Positions 36,041 to 45,532 of a stretch of 64,000 nucleotides of DNA are shown one piece after another; position 1 is the first letter of the stretch, and each line of letters starts with the position of its first letter. The notes beneath the pieces are model-generated. The model ran no database searches, was not told the origin of the DNA, and saw only the letters and a program-made list of their open reading frames with translations. Where the stretch lies: positions 793,673 to 857,672 of the forward strand of contig CAAGAD010000005.1 of assembly GCA_900767715.1 (NCBI GenBank), written 5' to 3'. The stretch comes from Clostridia bacterium. Its GTDB lineage: Bacteria > Bacillota > Clostridia > Christensenellales > UBA1242. The position numbers were made by a program, and so were the translations under genes.

Positions 36041-36832
36041 CTCACCATTTGGCATTGCGAAACTCACGAGGGTGGCAGGTCGAGTAGGCTTGCGTTTTTG
36101 AAGAGTGTGGCGCGCGAGTTTGAAAAGGCTAACAGCGGAATCGTTGTGTATGTGCGACTTGTTGAACAAGTTGAAATGGAAGAGTTGATAAGCGCGGGTG
36201 AGTTGCCCGATTTGTTGTCGTTCGGCTCGGGCGTCAAGCCAAGTCTGGCTAGCGCGCTGTGTGAGATAAAAGGCGACTATTCGGTGAGCAAAAATTATTT
36301 AAATTCCGCACGTGTCAGCAATCGTGTTTTGGCTCTGCCATATATGTTGTCAACCTATGTGGTGATTACCAAAACCAAAATCGAAAATGCAAAAGAATAC
36401 GCGACCAAAAACAACATCAATTTTTTAGCGGGCAACATAGACGCGGTGCGATACGATAAAGATGATTTGCCAATCGACAGCGCCGAGCACACCACCTACA
36501 CCGCCTATCTAGATTTCAAAAACACCAAAGCGCCAGCCTTGGTCGGCACAATGCGCGACGTGGCGCGCTTGACCAACGCGAATTATACGCAAGATAGTTA
36601 TTACTATTTACCAACGGGATATTCGAATATGGCGCAGTACATAGGAGTGTGCAAGCCGAGTAAGACGGGCAAAATGTTTATTCGAACGCTGTTGAGCGAC
36701 GCGATACAAAAGAAGGTGGCAGACGTTGGGCTATTTTCAGTCAAAGAGAATGTCACACTTTACTCAGTGAGTCCATATTTGGAGTTGGAGCAAAATGTTA
36801 AGAACATCAAATTGGAGAGATTATGGAAATAG
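35903..36832 (+). CDS. hypothetical membrane-anchored/secreted protein; start uncertain
   Basis: 309-aa ORF. The N-terminal TM-like segment (KKSLFSAILLIFLLISPFFIF) is encoded inside the AT island and has no RBS. An alternative start at M46 (MLTIWHCE) would remove it. The 3' end overlaps murB by 10 nt. Confidence 0.6.
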   Translation: MKILKIIKKSLFSAILLIFLLISPFFIFKNLNYYLDVKAENKKINMLTIWHCETHEGGRSSRLAFLKSVAREFEKANSGIVVYVRLVEQVEMEELISAGELPDLLSFGSGVKPSLASALCEIKGDYSVSKNYLNSARVSNRVLALPYMLSTYVVITKTKIENAKEYATKNNINFLAGNIDAVRYDKDDLPIDSAEHTTYTAYLDFKNTKAPALVGTMRDVARLTNANYTQDSYYYLPTGYSNMAQYIGVCKPSKTGKMFIRTLLSDAIQKKVADVGLFSVKENVTLYSVSPYLELEQNVKNIKLERLWK

Positions 36833-37809
36833 TGCAAGACAGACAAGTACTCAAAAACGAAAAGATGAGTGCGCACACCAGTTTTAGAATCGGTGGCAGT
36901 GCAAATCGACTGGTGCAAGCAACTACGCAAGTTGCTGTATTGAAAACCTTGTGTGAGTGTGCTGGCAAGAATGAAAAAATCTATTTTATCGGTGGTGGTT
37001 CAAATACGCTTTTTTCTTCACGAAAAATTGACGCCACCATTTTGCAATACACAAATAACGACATCTACATCGAGAACGATACGCTCGTGTGTTCGGCGGG
37101 TGTAATGGTGAGCGAACTTTTGAAGTTTTGCCTTGCGCATTCGATTGCCGGTTTGGAATTTATGGCGGGTATACCTGGTACTATTGGAGGCGCGGTTAAA
37201 GGTAATGCGGGCGGAGTCGATACGGCGATTGGAGATTTCGTCACCAAAATTTCTGGCTTTGAAATAGAATGCGATAATCAAAATAATATAAATAAAAATA
37301 GCGAAATAATATTAAATAAATTAAAAAATAAAATAACATTAATAAATAATCAAAAAATATTAAAAAATGCGAAAAATAACGTTAAAATACGCAAAAAATA
37401 TATAAAAATATGCGAAAATTTCTTTAATTACAGAAAAAGCAATATAAAAAACAATTTTTTTATTTTAAAAATATATTTAAAAATTAATTATGGAAATAAA
37501 TTAATTATTGAAAATAAAATTAAAGAATTTTTAAGCAATAAAATTTTGCGTCAACCTATGAACAAGCGGAGTGCGGGAAGTGTGTTTTTGCGTCAAGGAG
37601 ATTTCATACCCGCTCGTGCGATTGACGCGCTGGGGCTGAAAGGTGAACGCGTTGGTGGAGTAATGGTGAGCAATCTTCACGCGGGGTTTATTGTGAATGA
37701 AGGTGGTGCTAGCAGTGGTGACGTCTTGAAGTTGATAGACAAAATCCGTCGCCGAGTTCGTAAAGTTTACGGCGTGGATTTAATCTGTGAAATACGCTAC
37801 TTCGACTAG
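36823..37809 (+). CDS. murB: UDP-N-acetylenolpyruvoylglucosamine reductase with an AT-biased, expanded central segment
   Basis: Motifs present: HTSFRIGG, GGGSNTL, AGIPGTIGGAV, F-x-YR-x-S, RQP...SAGSVF, C-terminal HAGFIVN. 328 aa, which I recall as somewhat longer than typical MurB. The middle ~100 aa are N/K/I-rich. Confidence 0.85.
   Translation: MEIVQDRQVLKNEKMSAHTSFRIGGSANRLVQATTQVAVLKTLCECAGKNEKIYFIGGGSNTLFSSRKIDATILQYTNNDIYIENDTLVCSAGVMVSELLKFCLAHSIAGLEFMAGIPGTIGGAVKGNAGGVDTAIGDFVTKISGFEIECDNQNNINKNSEIILNKLKNKITLINNQKILKNAKNNVKIRKKYIKICENFFNYRKSNIKNNFFILKIYLKINYGNKLIIENKIKEFLSNKILRQPMNKRSAGSVFLRQGDFIPARAIDALGLKGERVGGVMVSNLHAGFIVNEGGASSGDVLKLIDKIRRRVRKVYGVDLICEIRYFD
37261..37555 (+). other. 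ultra-AT-rich island IV, in frame inside murB (about 14% G+C by hand count)
   Basis: I counted 41 G/C in 300 nt, against roughly 45-50% in the flanking murB sequence. The reading frame is maintained. Confidence 0.85.
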
Positions 37810-37853
37810 CGTTTGGGGTTGACTTATTGACGTAGTTTTGCTACAATACAAAT

Positions 37854-38777
37854 ATGAAATATTTGGAGTCTGCTAGGAATCAAATATTGGATTCATTCAA
37901 GGAACATAACTGTTGCTTGTATGCCTTTTTGTCGGCGCTAATAGGTAGCACCACCACACAGTTTGACGGGCGCATTTTGGAATTGCAATTCGTGGACAAC
38001 ACGCAATATTTGTTCATCAAGCGCAGTTTAAAATCGCTATACGATGACCGCGTTGAGTGTGTTGACGGCGATTTCGCGGGCAAGAAGTTTGTGCTGATTG
38101 ACGGACAGGCTGTGAGCGAACTTATGGATGACCTTGGACTAGAACTCAATAATGGTCAAATCGCGGTCAACAACCGCGTCATTGAAAATGACTGCTGTAC
38201 GCAATCGTTCGCGAAAGGGTGCTTTGTGGGTGCGGGAAGATTCTACACCAATCAAGACATCAATGCCAAATCCACGGGCTACAACCTTGAAATCGGTTTC
38301 AACAGTGAAGCCATTGCCAAGACGGCTAGCCAGTGCTTCAACAAACTCGGCGTCAAGATGAAGTGGGGCAATCGTTTGGGTAGGTCAATTTTGTATCTTA
38401 GAGATAGCGAGCAAATATGCGACTTGCTCACGGCGGTTGGCGCGTTCAAAGCGTCGCTTGAATTCCAGAACGATTTGTCGCTTAGAACGATGAAAAACAA
38501 TCTCAATAGACAGAACAATTGTTATGACGCCAACCAAACCAAGACCATAAACGCTAGTTTTGAGCACATCAAGGCAATCGAAAATCTGCAAAAGTCGGGC
38601 AAGTTTGAGTTTTTGGACGCAGACCTTAAACTCATCGCGCAAATTCGCCTTGATAATCCGGACGCCTCGCTCAGCGAGTTGTGCACAATTTTTCCACGCA
38701 AAATTACCCGCGCAGGTATGAAATATAAACTCGATAGGCTGATTGCCATTAGTCAAAAGAAAAAGGACAAGAAATGA
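37854..38777 (+). CDS. whiA: DNA-binding sporulation/cell-division regulator WhiA
   Basis: N-terminal CC..AFLSALIG pattern, degenerate LAGLIDADG-like middle, C-terminal HTH (RAGMKYKLDRL). 307 aa. ATGA overlap with dnaE. Confidence 0.85.
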   Translation: MKYLESARNQILDSFKEHNCCLYAFLSALIGSTTTQFDGRILELQFVDNTQYLFIKRSLKSLYDDRVECVDGDFAGKKFVLIDGQAVSELMDDLGLELNNGQIAVNNRVIENDCCTQSFAKGCFVGAGRFYTNQDINAKSTGYNLEIGFNSEAIAKTASQCFNKLGVKMKWGNRLGRSILYLRDSEQICDLLTAVGAFKASLEFQNDLSLRTMKNNLNRQNNCYDANQTKTINASFEHIKAIENLQKSGKFEFLDADLKLIAQIRLDNPDASLSELCTIFPRKITRAGMKYKLDRLIAISQKKKDKK

Positions 38778-41700
38778 AACCATTTGTACATTTACATCTT
38801 CACACAGAATATAGTTTGCTAGACGGCGCAGCGCGCATAAACAAGGTGGTGAAGAAGGCAAAAGAACTCGGTATGCCAGCCATCGCAATGACCGACCACG
38901 GCAATATGTATGGCGCGGTAAAGTTTTTTGACGCGTGCAAAAAGGAAGGTATCAAACCAATTCTTGGCTGTGAATTTTATTGCTGTGAAGACTTGACTAT
39001 CAAGAACGGTAAAATTAAACTCGCACACCTAGTCTTGCTCGCCAAGAATGAAGAAGGCTATCATAATCTTTGTAAACTCAACACCATTGCTTTCCGCGAT
39101 GGTTTCTATTATAAACCACGTATCGACCTAAAAGCCCTTGAAGCCAACCACGAAGGGCTTATTTGCTTGTCTGCCTGCCTTGCGGGTGACCTGCCACAAC
39201 TCATTTTGAAGCACGAATACGAAAAGGCGGAAGAACTCGTTTGCTGGTTCAAAAACTTGTTTGGCGACGACTATTATCTCGAACTGCAATATCACTACAT
39301 TCACGAGCAAATCGAAGTCAATGTGAAACTTAGAGAGTTCGCCAAGAAATATAACATCAAGACGGTTGCCACCAACGATGTGCACTATATCAATAAAGAA
39401 GACTCGGTGCTCCAAGACGTGCTCGTTTGCGTCAACACCAACCAAAACTTCAATGACCCAAACCGCAAGAAATTAATGCCAACGGAAGAGTTCTATTTGA
39501 AAGACTACGACCAAATGTTAGAAGTCTTGCCGAACGATAGCGACGCGCTCGACCGCACACTAGAAATTGCGGAAAAGTGTAATTTTGAATACGTTTATCA
39601 CCACTATATGTTTCCAAAATATGTACCTGTCACTGGGCAAACTCCGGACGAGTTTATTCGCGACCTAATCGAAGCGGGCATCAAGCGTCGTTACAAGCAA
39701 GAAACTCCCGAGATAAGAGAACGTGTGGAATACGAATTGGGCATTATTTCCAAGTTGAACTACATTGAATACTTCCTTATCGTTTGGGATTACATCAATG
39801 CCGCGCGCGAGATGGGCATTTCTGTTGGTCCAGGACGTGGCTCGGGCGTGGGCTCAATCGTAGCCTATTTGATAGGCATCACCAATGTTGACCCATTGCG
39901 TTATGGCTTGTTCTTTGAGAGATTTTTGAACCCAGAACGTGTCAGCGCACCAGACTTTGATATCGACTTTGAAGATAGTCGTCGTGCAGAAGTCTTTGAA
40001 TATGTCAAGCGCAAATATGGCGAAGACCGTGTGGCGAAAATCATCACTTTCGGCACAATGGCAGCCAAGAACGCAATCAAGGACGTGGGACGTGTTTTGC
40101 AAGTGCCACTTTCCACCACGGACAAAATCACCAAAGCAATCCCGAACACAATCAAACGACCAAACATCTTGAAAAAGGTGTTTAACATCGACCCAGACCC
40201 AAGCAAACCGAACGAGAGCATTCCGGAACTCGTGCAGATGTATAACGAGAACGAAGAAGTGCGCCAAATCGTTGACATCGCGTGGAAGTTGGAAGATAGC
40301 CCGCGTCAAACGGGTATCCACGCGTGCGGTGTCATCATCGGTGGTGACGTGCTCGAACGCCACATTCCGCAGGCTCGAAACGGCGAGATTTTGACCACTC
40401 AATTTGAAGGTGGCGAACTAGAAAAGTTGGGTCTGCTCAAAATGGACTTTTTGGGACTTAGAAACTTGTCCGATATTAAAATGGCAATCGAATACGCGCG
40501 CCAAAACCACGGCGTTGAAATAGATTTCGACCATATGGAATATGATGACCCGAAAGTTTATGAAATGATTTCTGCGGGCGAAACGAAGGCCGTCTTCCAA
40601 ATGGAGTCGGGTGGCTTTGTCAAATTTATGAAACAGTTGCAACCTAACTGTATCGAAGACATTATCGCCGGAGTGGCGATGTATCGCCCAGGTCCTATGG
40701 ACTCTATTCCTACATTCGTATTCAACAAACACAATCCAGAAAACATCACCTACATTCATCCAGTAATGGAGCCAATTTTGAACGTAACTTACGGCTGTAT
40801 TGTCTATCAAGAGCAAGTTATGAAGATTTGTCAAGATATGGCGGGCTACACAATGGGTCGCGCGGACAGCGTGCGTAAAATGATGTCCAAGAAAAAAATG
40901 GCAGACTTGCAAGCCGAACGACAAGTTTTCTTGCATGGCTTACCAGCGCAAGACGGCAAACAAGCCGTTGACGGCGTCTTGAAGCGCGGGCTTAGCGAAG
41001 ACGTGGCAAACAAACTTTGGGAGCAAATGGAGAAGTTCGGTTCGTACGCGTTCAACAAATCTCACGCGGCAGCATACGCCTATGTCGCTTATCAGACCGC
41101 ATATTTGAAATGCCATTATGAACCAGAGTTCTTGACAGCCGTGCTCAACAACCGCGTCACAATCGCGGACGAAATCGCCAATTATGTGGCTTATGCAAAG
41201 GACAGAAATATCAAGGTTTTGCCACCAGACATCAACAAATCCAACACATATTTCACCGTAGGCAAAGACAACTCAATCCGTTTCGGTCTTGCCGCCCTAA
41301 AAAACGTCGGCATTCAAGTCATCGACGATATGATTGCCGAGAGAAACAAAAACGGCGAGTTTAAAGACTTTGTAGATTTCGTTGTGCGTGTGCCTAACCC
41401 TTGTCTAAACAAGCGTTGTTTGGAAAGTCTAATTTTGGCGGGTGCGTTCGATAGTTTCGGCAAGACGCGTAGTCAGTTAATGGGCGTCTATTCGTCCGCA
41501 GTTGACAAAGCAATGCAGATTAAACGTGAGCGCGAAGACAACCAGATGTCCTTGTTCGGTATGTTTGAGCAAGCCAACGACGCGCCATTCACACTCGATT
41601 ACCCAGCAGTGAGCGAGTACGCAAACAAAGTCAAACTCGATTACGAAAAGCAGATTGCGGGCGTGTATTTGACAGGTCACCCACTTGACGAATACAAAGA

Positions 41701-42322
41701 CCGAATGAAGCAGATGACTTTGACGGCGGATAGACTTTTGCCAGACGAAAAAGATGAAATGGACGAAAACGATGAGGTAACGTATAGCAACATCAGTCAG
41801 GGCGAATCAGTTATCTGTGGCGGTTGCCTTGTGAACTATGATGTCAAGATGACAAAGCAGGGCAGAAAAATGGCTGTCGGCAAGGTGGAAGACTTGTACG
41901 GCAAAATTGATGTGGTTTTGTTCAGCAATGCTTACGAAAAATATAAAGACGACCTTAAAGAAGGTGCTTTGGTAACCATTAAAGGCGTTATCAACATTCG
42001 CGACGGGCAACCGCCTAGCGTCAATGTTGACAAAGTGGAAGTATGGAAAGAAAACGACGACAAGTCGGCTCAACAAGAAATTGCTCTGCCGGAAGTGGAA
42101 CGCCCAAAGAGACTGTGCCTAAAATACGACACCAGTAATGCCGAATTGCACGACAAAATCAAAGCCATTTTGATTGAGTATCCAGGCATTGACAAAGTAT
42201 TCATTCGCGACGCAGTCACTCGCGAAGCCTTCCAGTTGGACACCAATGTTCAAATTAGAGAATCGCTCTTGTTTGAACTCACCGCTCTTTTGGAACAAGA
42301 AAACATTAAAGTTGTGGAATAA
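38774..42322 (+). CDS. dnaE: DNA polymerase III alpha subunit (DnaE type)
   Basis: PHP domain HLHLHTEYSLLDG, MTDHGNMYG, the GPGRGSG/PDFDIDF catalytic region, OB fold near the C-terminus. 1182 aa. Confidence 0.95.
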   Translation: MKPFVHLHLHTEYSLLDGAARINKVVKKAKELGMPAIAMTDHGNMYGAVKFFDACKKEGIKPILGCEFYCCEDLTIKNGKIKLAHLVLLAKNEEGYHNLCKLNTIAFRDGFYYKPRIDLKALEANHEGLICLSACLAGDLPQLILKHEYEKAEELVCWFKNLFGDDYYLELQYHYIHEQIEVNVKLREFAKKYNIKTVATNDVHYINKEDSVLQDVLVCVNTNQNFNDPNRKKLMPTEEFYLKDYDQMLEVLPNDSDALDRTLEIAEKCNFEYVYHHYMFPKYVPVTGQTPDEFIRDLIEAGIKRRYKQETPEIRERVEYELGIISKLNYIEYFLIVWDYINAAREMGISVGPGRGSGVGSIVAYLIGITNVDPLRYGLFFERFLNPERVSAPDFDIDFEDSRRAEVFEYVKRKYGEDRVAKIITFGTMAAKNAIKDVGRVLQVPLSTTDKITKAIPNTIKRPNILKKVFNIDPDPSKPNESIPELVQMYNENEEVRQIVDIAWKLEDSPRQTGIHACGVIIGGDVLERHIPQARNGEILTTQFEGGELEKLGLLKMDFLGLRNLSDIKMAIEYARQNHGVEIDFDHMEYDDPKVYEMISAGETKAVFQMESGGFVKFMKQLQPNCIEDIIAGVAMYRPGPMDSIPTFVFNKHNPENITYIHPVMEPILNVTYGCIVYQEQVMKICQDMAGYTMGRADSVRKMMSKKKMADLQAERQVFLHGLPAQDGKQAVDGVLKRGLSEDVANKLWEQMEKFGSYAFNKSHAAAYAYVAYQTAYLKCHYEPEFLTAVLNNRVTIADEIANYVAYAKDRNIKVLPPDINKSNTYFTVGKDNSIRFGLAALKNVGIQVIDDMIAERNKNGEFKDFVDFVVRVPNPCLNKRCLESLILAGAFDSFGKTRSQLMGVYSSAVDKAMQIKREREDNQMSLFGMFEQANDAPFTLDYPAVSEYANKVKLDYEKQIAGVYLTGHPLDEYKDRMKQMTLTADRLLPDEKDEMDENDEVTYSNISQGESVICGGCLVNYDVKMTKQGRKMAVGKVEDLYGKIDVVLFSNAYEKYKDDLKEGALVTIKGVINIRDGQPPSVNVDKVEVWKENDDKSAQQEIALPEVERPKRLCLKYDTSNAELHDKIKAILIEYPGIDKVFIRDAVTREAFQLDTNVQIRESLLFELTALLEQENIKVVE

Positions 42323-42350
42323 AAAAATGGACAAGCGTCCATTTTTTTTG
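42321..42350. terminator. bidirectional terminator between dnaE and the DUF378 gene
   Basis: A-run, ATGGAC-AAGC-GTCCAT, T-run. Confidence 0.75.
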
Positions 42351-42358
42351 TGCTATAT

Positions 42359-42655
42359 TTATTTTTGTTTTGGTGCTTTTGGCTCGGGTTTAACGATTTC
42401 TTTTTCTTCCGCATCTTCGATTGGGTTGGGCTTGTTTTTGCATTTGCAACAATGCAGACAAATGTTGCCTTTCTTGGCGATTGCAATGTAGGTCAAGAAG
42501 ACTGTTGCCGCGCCGATGATGACGTATATGATACGGCTGAAAATATTGGACTGTGTGCCGAAAATACCCGCTATCAAGTCGTATTGAAGCATGCCAATCG
42601 ATAGCCAGTTTATGCCACCCAGCACTAGTAAACAAAATGAAATTAAAATTGCCAT
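42359..42655 (-). CDS. DUF378-family small membrane protein with a Cys-rich, charged C-terminal extension
   Basis: GGINWLSIGMLQYDLIAGIFG...SRIIYVIIG matches my recollection of the DUF378 pattern. The tail reads CLHCCKCKNKPNPIEDAEEKE... Confidence 0.75.
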   Translation of the reverse strand: MAILISFCLLVLGGINWLSIGMLQYDLIAGIFGTQSNIFSRIIYVIIGAATVFLTYIAIAKKGNICLHCCKCKNKPNPIEDAEEKEIVKPEPKAPKQK

Positions 42656-42697
42656 AATAATCTCCCTTTGTAATTATTATGGCAATAAATTCATATT

Positions 42698-43963
42698 TTA
42701 TTCAGTTACGTCGGTATTTGTTTCGCTTGTTGCGACGTTATTTTTGAAAGCGTTTTTCTGTGCAAGTTTTTTTTGCTTTTTGTCACGACGAATCTGCTTG
42801 CGCTGAATCATCTTGTAGCCGAGTGGCTCTTTTACTTTGACCACGTTGAATGGGCAAACCTCTTGACAGCAGAAGCAGTTGATACATTTTTTGTAATCAA
42901 TCTTTGCATACAATTCGCCTTTTCGGTCATACTCCATACGTATTGCTTCGGCTGGGCAGTGCTCATAGCACTTTTTGCAACCCTTACATTTGCAAGGCTT
43001 GATGACTGGACGGCGTTGGAACAGGCGTCTAAATGTAGGCTGGAACCATTTTGGCACAACGGCAGAGTTGGACTCGCTGGTGACGTAAATAGTCTTGTAG
43101 TCCTTGATGATGCTGTCTTCCAAATCTTCACCCACAACAATAGGTTCGAGTTTGCTGTCAATCAACTTTCTGCGCACGGCTTCTTTCAATAGTGGCATTG
43201 TGCTAGGGTCGATGTTCATAAGGCGAACCATAACGGCGTCGGCGCTGTATGGGTCGGTGCTGGCGATGATACGGTTGACAATTCGTGGAGTGCCCGCTTT
43301 TGGTCCTGGACCTTCCATACCTACAACTGCGTCAACAATGTTGAGCACGAGTTTGTCCTTGATTGATTGTTGCAAGTCGATAAGCGCGTTGCAGAAGTCT
43401 TTTAGTTTAGGAAACAAGGCGTGTGTTTGTGCCTTGATAAGCCCAGGAATAATGCCGTACAAATTCTTCACACAGCCCGAATAACCGGTCAGTTCGTGCG
43501 TCTTCATTTTGCAAATGTTGATGACGGCGTCCGCCTTATCTACGACGTCAATGATTTCCACGTGTTTGAGCCTTTCTGCGTCTGGGATATCCACTGCCAC
43601 AGACTCAAAGTTGTCATTGAGTTCGGCTTTGGAGTTGGTGGCAGCCAAATTCATTCCGCTGGCTTCATAAATTGACTTCAAATGCGAAGCTGTGAACTTG
43701 GAAGCAGGGCTGTCCGCAATGATACATCTAGCACCTAAACCGACCACTTTTTTTGCCACGGCTTCCACGACCGAATGGTGAGTGGTGATGGCTTGCGTTG
43801 GGGTGGCGCGAGTGAGCAGATTGACCTTCAAAACCACTGTCATACCAGGTTTGATGAACTGTTCGAGCCCGCCAATATCTTCAAAAACTTTTTCCATACA
43901 AGCGTCAACATTCTCTTGATTGTAGTCTTCGCACGCACGGAGTGATACTAATTTCTTTTCCAT
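42698..43963 (-). CDS. DUF362 domain protein with a C-terminal 2x[4Fe-4S] ferredoxin domain
   Basis: N-terminal DUF362-like pattern (V.LKVNLL, ADSPA). Two Cys clusters: CKGCKKCYEHCP and CINCFCCQEVCP. Confidence 0.8.
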   Translation of the reverse strand: MEKKLVSLRACEDYNQENVDACMEKVFEDIGGLEQFIKPGMTVVLKVNLLTRATPTQAITTHHSVVEAVAKKVVGLGARCIIADSPASKFTASHLKSIYEASGMNLAATNSKAELNDNFESVAVDIPDAERLKHVEIIDVVDKADAVINICKMKTHELTGYSGCVKNLYGIIPGLIKAQTHALFPKLKDFCNALIDLQQSIKDKLVLNIVDAVVGMEGPGPKAGTPRIVNRIIASTDPYSADAVMVRLMNIDPSTMPLLKEAVRRKLIDSKLEPIVVGEDLEDSIIKDYKTIYVTSESNSAVVPKWFQPTFRRLFQRRPVIKPCKCKGCKKCYEHCPAEAIRMEYDRKGELYAKIDYKKCINCFCCQEVCPFNVVKVKEPLGYKMIQRKQIRRDKKQKKLAQKNAFKNNVATSETNTDVTE

Positions 43964-44015
43964 AACTGTTCCTTTTATTTAATATATAAAAAATCGACAA
44001 TGCTGTCAAATATAT

Positions 44016-44309
44016 TTGATTAATTTTGGGTTTTATAGTATTATGGTAGATATGTTAAAAATCTGGGGCAAGACCTATGACGGTGAGAAAATTACTCGAA
44101 CTAAGGTAATAGAATTTGAAAGTGCGCATATCATTTTTTATGATATGGTAAAGACTGTATGCGAGAAGTTGGATATTGCTACACCAGTTTGTCTAAACAA
44201 GCACTACGAAGACTTTATGCAGTTTAAGACCTGTTTTTTTAAGTCGGGTGATTTTATCGATTCGGTCGATTTTACCAAATTTCAAATTCAACTTATCATT
44301 GACAAATAG
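44016..44309 (+). CDS. hypothetical small protein; start uncertain
   Basis: 97-aa ORF with no clear RBS. Alternative ATGs at 44043 and 44052. Confidence 0.4.
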   Translation: MINFGFYSIMVDMLKIWGKTYDGEKITRTKVIEFESAHIIFYDMVKTVCEKLDIATPVCLNKHYEDFMQFKTCFFKSGDFIDSVDFTKFQIQLIIDK

Positions 44310-44388
44310 GTGACAAACAAAAGGTGAAGACCTACCTAAAAAGCAAATTTTACATCGAAATAAAAAAATGAAAAGTCAAGAAAAATCG

Positions 44389-44417
44389 TTGACAATTACA
44401 CATAAAATCGTTATACT
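44389..44417 (+). promoter_or_regulatory. sigma-A-type promoter of greA
   Basis: TTGACA (44389-44394), 17 nt, TATACT (44412-44417). Confidence 0.6.
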
Positions 44418-44494
44418 CAATCGATAATAGATTTTACGACACGTGTTGCGTGCCAAGCGAAATAAATTAGATAAATTTAGCAACGGAGGAAATT

Positions 44495-44968
44495 ATGGAC
44501 GAAAAGATTTATGTTACGAACAAAGGATTGCAAGAATTGAAAGAAAGATTGGCATATCTCAAAACAGTGGCTAGACAAGAAGTAACCGAGAAGATTGCAG
44601 AAGCCAGAAAGTTTGGAGATTTGAGCGAGAATAGCGAGTACGACATCGCCAAGGACGAACAAGCCGACATCGAAGCCGAGATTGCAGAGTTGGAAGCAAA
44701 AATCAAATTGGCTGTCATTATCGACCCTAAGAAAATCAACACATCAAAAGTGAACGTTGGTTGCAAGGTAACCATTCACGATGAAGAGTTGGACGAAGAC
44801 ATCACTTACAGCATTGTAGGTGACACAGAGAGCGACCCAGAGAACGGACTTATTAGCAATATTTCACCAGTTGGCAAAGCGCTTATGGGACACGCAGTTG
44901 GCGACGTGGTTGAAGCCAACGTTCCTTACGGCACAATTAAAATGAAAGTATTAAAAATCAAAGCATAA
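44495..44968 (+). CDS. greA: transcription elongation factor GreA
   Basis: N-terminal coiled coil with ARKFGDLSENSEYDIAKDEQ and C-terminal SPVGKALMGH. 157 aa. Confidence 0.95.
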   Translation: MDEKIYVTNKGLQELKERLAYLKTVARQEVTEKIAEARKFGDLSENSEYDIAKDEQADIEAEIAELEAKIKLAVIIDPKKINTSKVNVGCKVTIHDEELDEDITYSIVGDTESDPENGLISNISPVGKALMGHAVGDVVEANVPYGTIKMKVLKIKA

Positions 44969-45061
44969 TCAAACAAAAAACGAAACGAAAGAAATTATAA
45001 AATAATCATTTGCAAAGTTACTAATGATTAATCAAATTGTTTATATTTGAGGAGAAATACT

Positions 45062-45415
45062 ATGGCGAAATTAGGTCTAACGATTACAGAAATCAAGGCA
45101 AGTTTTCCATTTAAGGTGGGAGAAGAAGGTCTTGGACTCGTGATTGAAGACAAAAATAAACGATACACGTACAGAGTGCGAATCACTGACATTACGGGCA
45201 ACACAATCACTTGGCAAAAGTTGACCAAGAACGGCTATGTGATTGGCTCATCAACGTTCAGCGACTATGGTTGCAAGGCAAAATATTTTGTTCACCTTGA
45301 CCCAGAAAACGCAAGGAAGATTGACGAAGCAGAAGAAGGCTTCATCGAAGAACGTGTAAAACCTGTTTATACGCAAAATCCAGCAAAGAGAGAAAGAGAT
45401 TTGATATTAAGATAA
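45062..45415 (+). CDS. hypothetical protein (117 aa)
   Basis: GAGGAG RBS before the ATG at 45062; the track ORF starts at 45047. A terminator follows. Confidence 0.6.
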   Translation: MAKLGLTITEIKASFPFKVGEEGLGLVIEDKNKRYTYRVRITDITGNTITWQKLTKNGYVIGSSTFSDYGCKAKYFVHLDPENARKIDEAEEGFIEERVKPVYTQNPAKRERDLILR

Positions 45416-45416
45416 A

Positions 45417-45450
45417 GACAGAGAGATTATCTCTGCCTTTTTTATTTTTT
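45417..45450 (+). terminator. rho-independent terminator
   Basis: CAGAGA-GATTA-TCTCTG followed by a long T-run. Confidence 0.65.
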
Positions 45451-45532
45451 TTTCGTGAAAAATGTTACGGGCAATTTGTTCTTGCATTTACGCAGTTGAG
45501 TGGGGCTATATTAAGACACAAAAAAAAGATGA

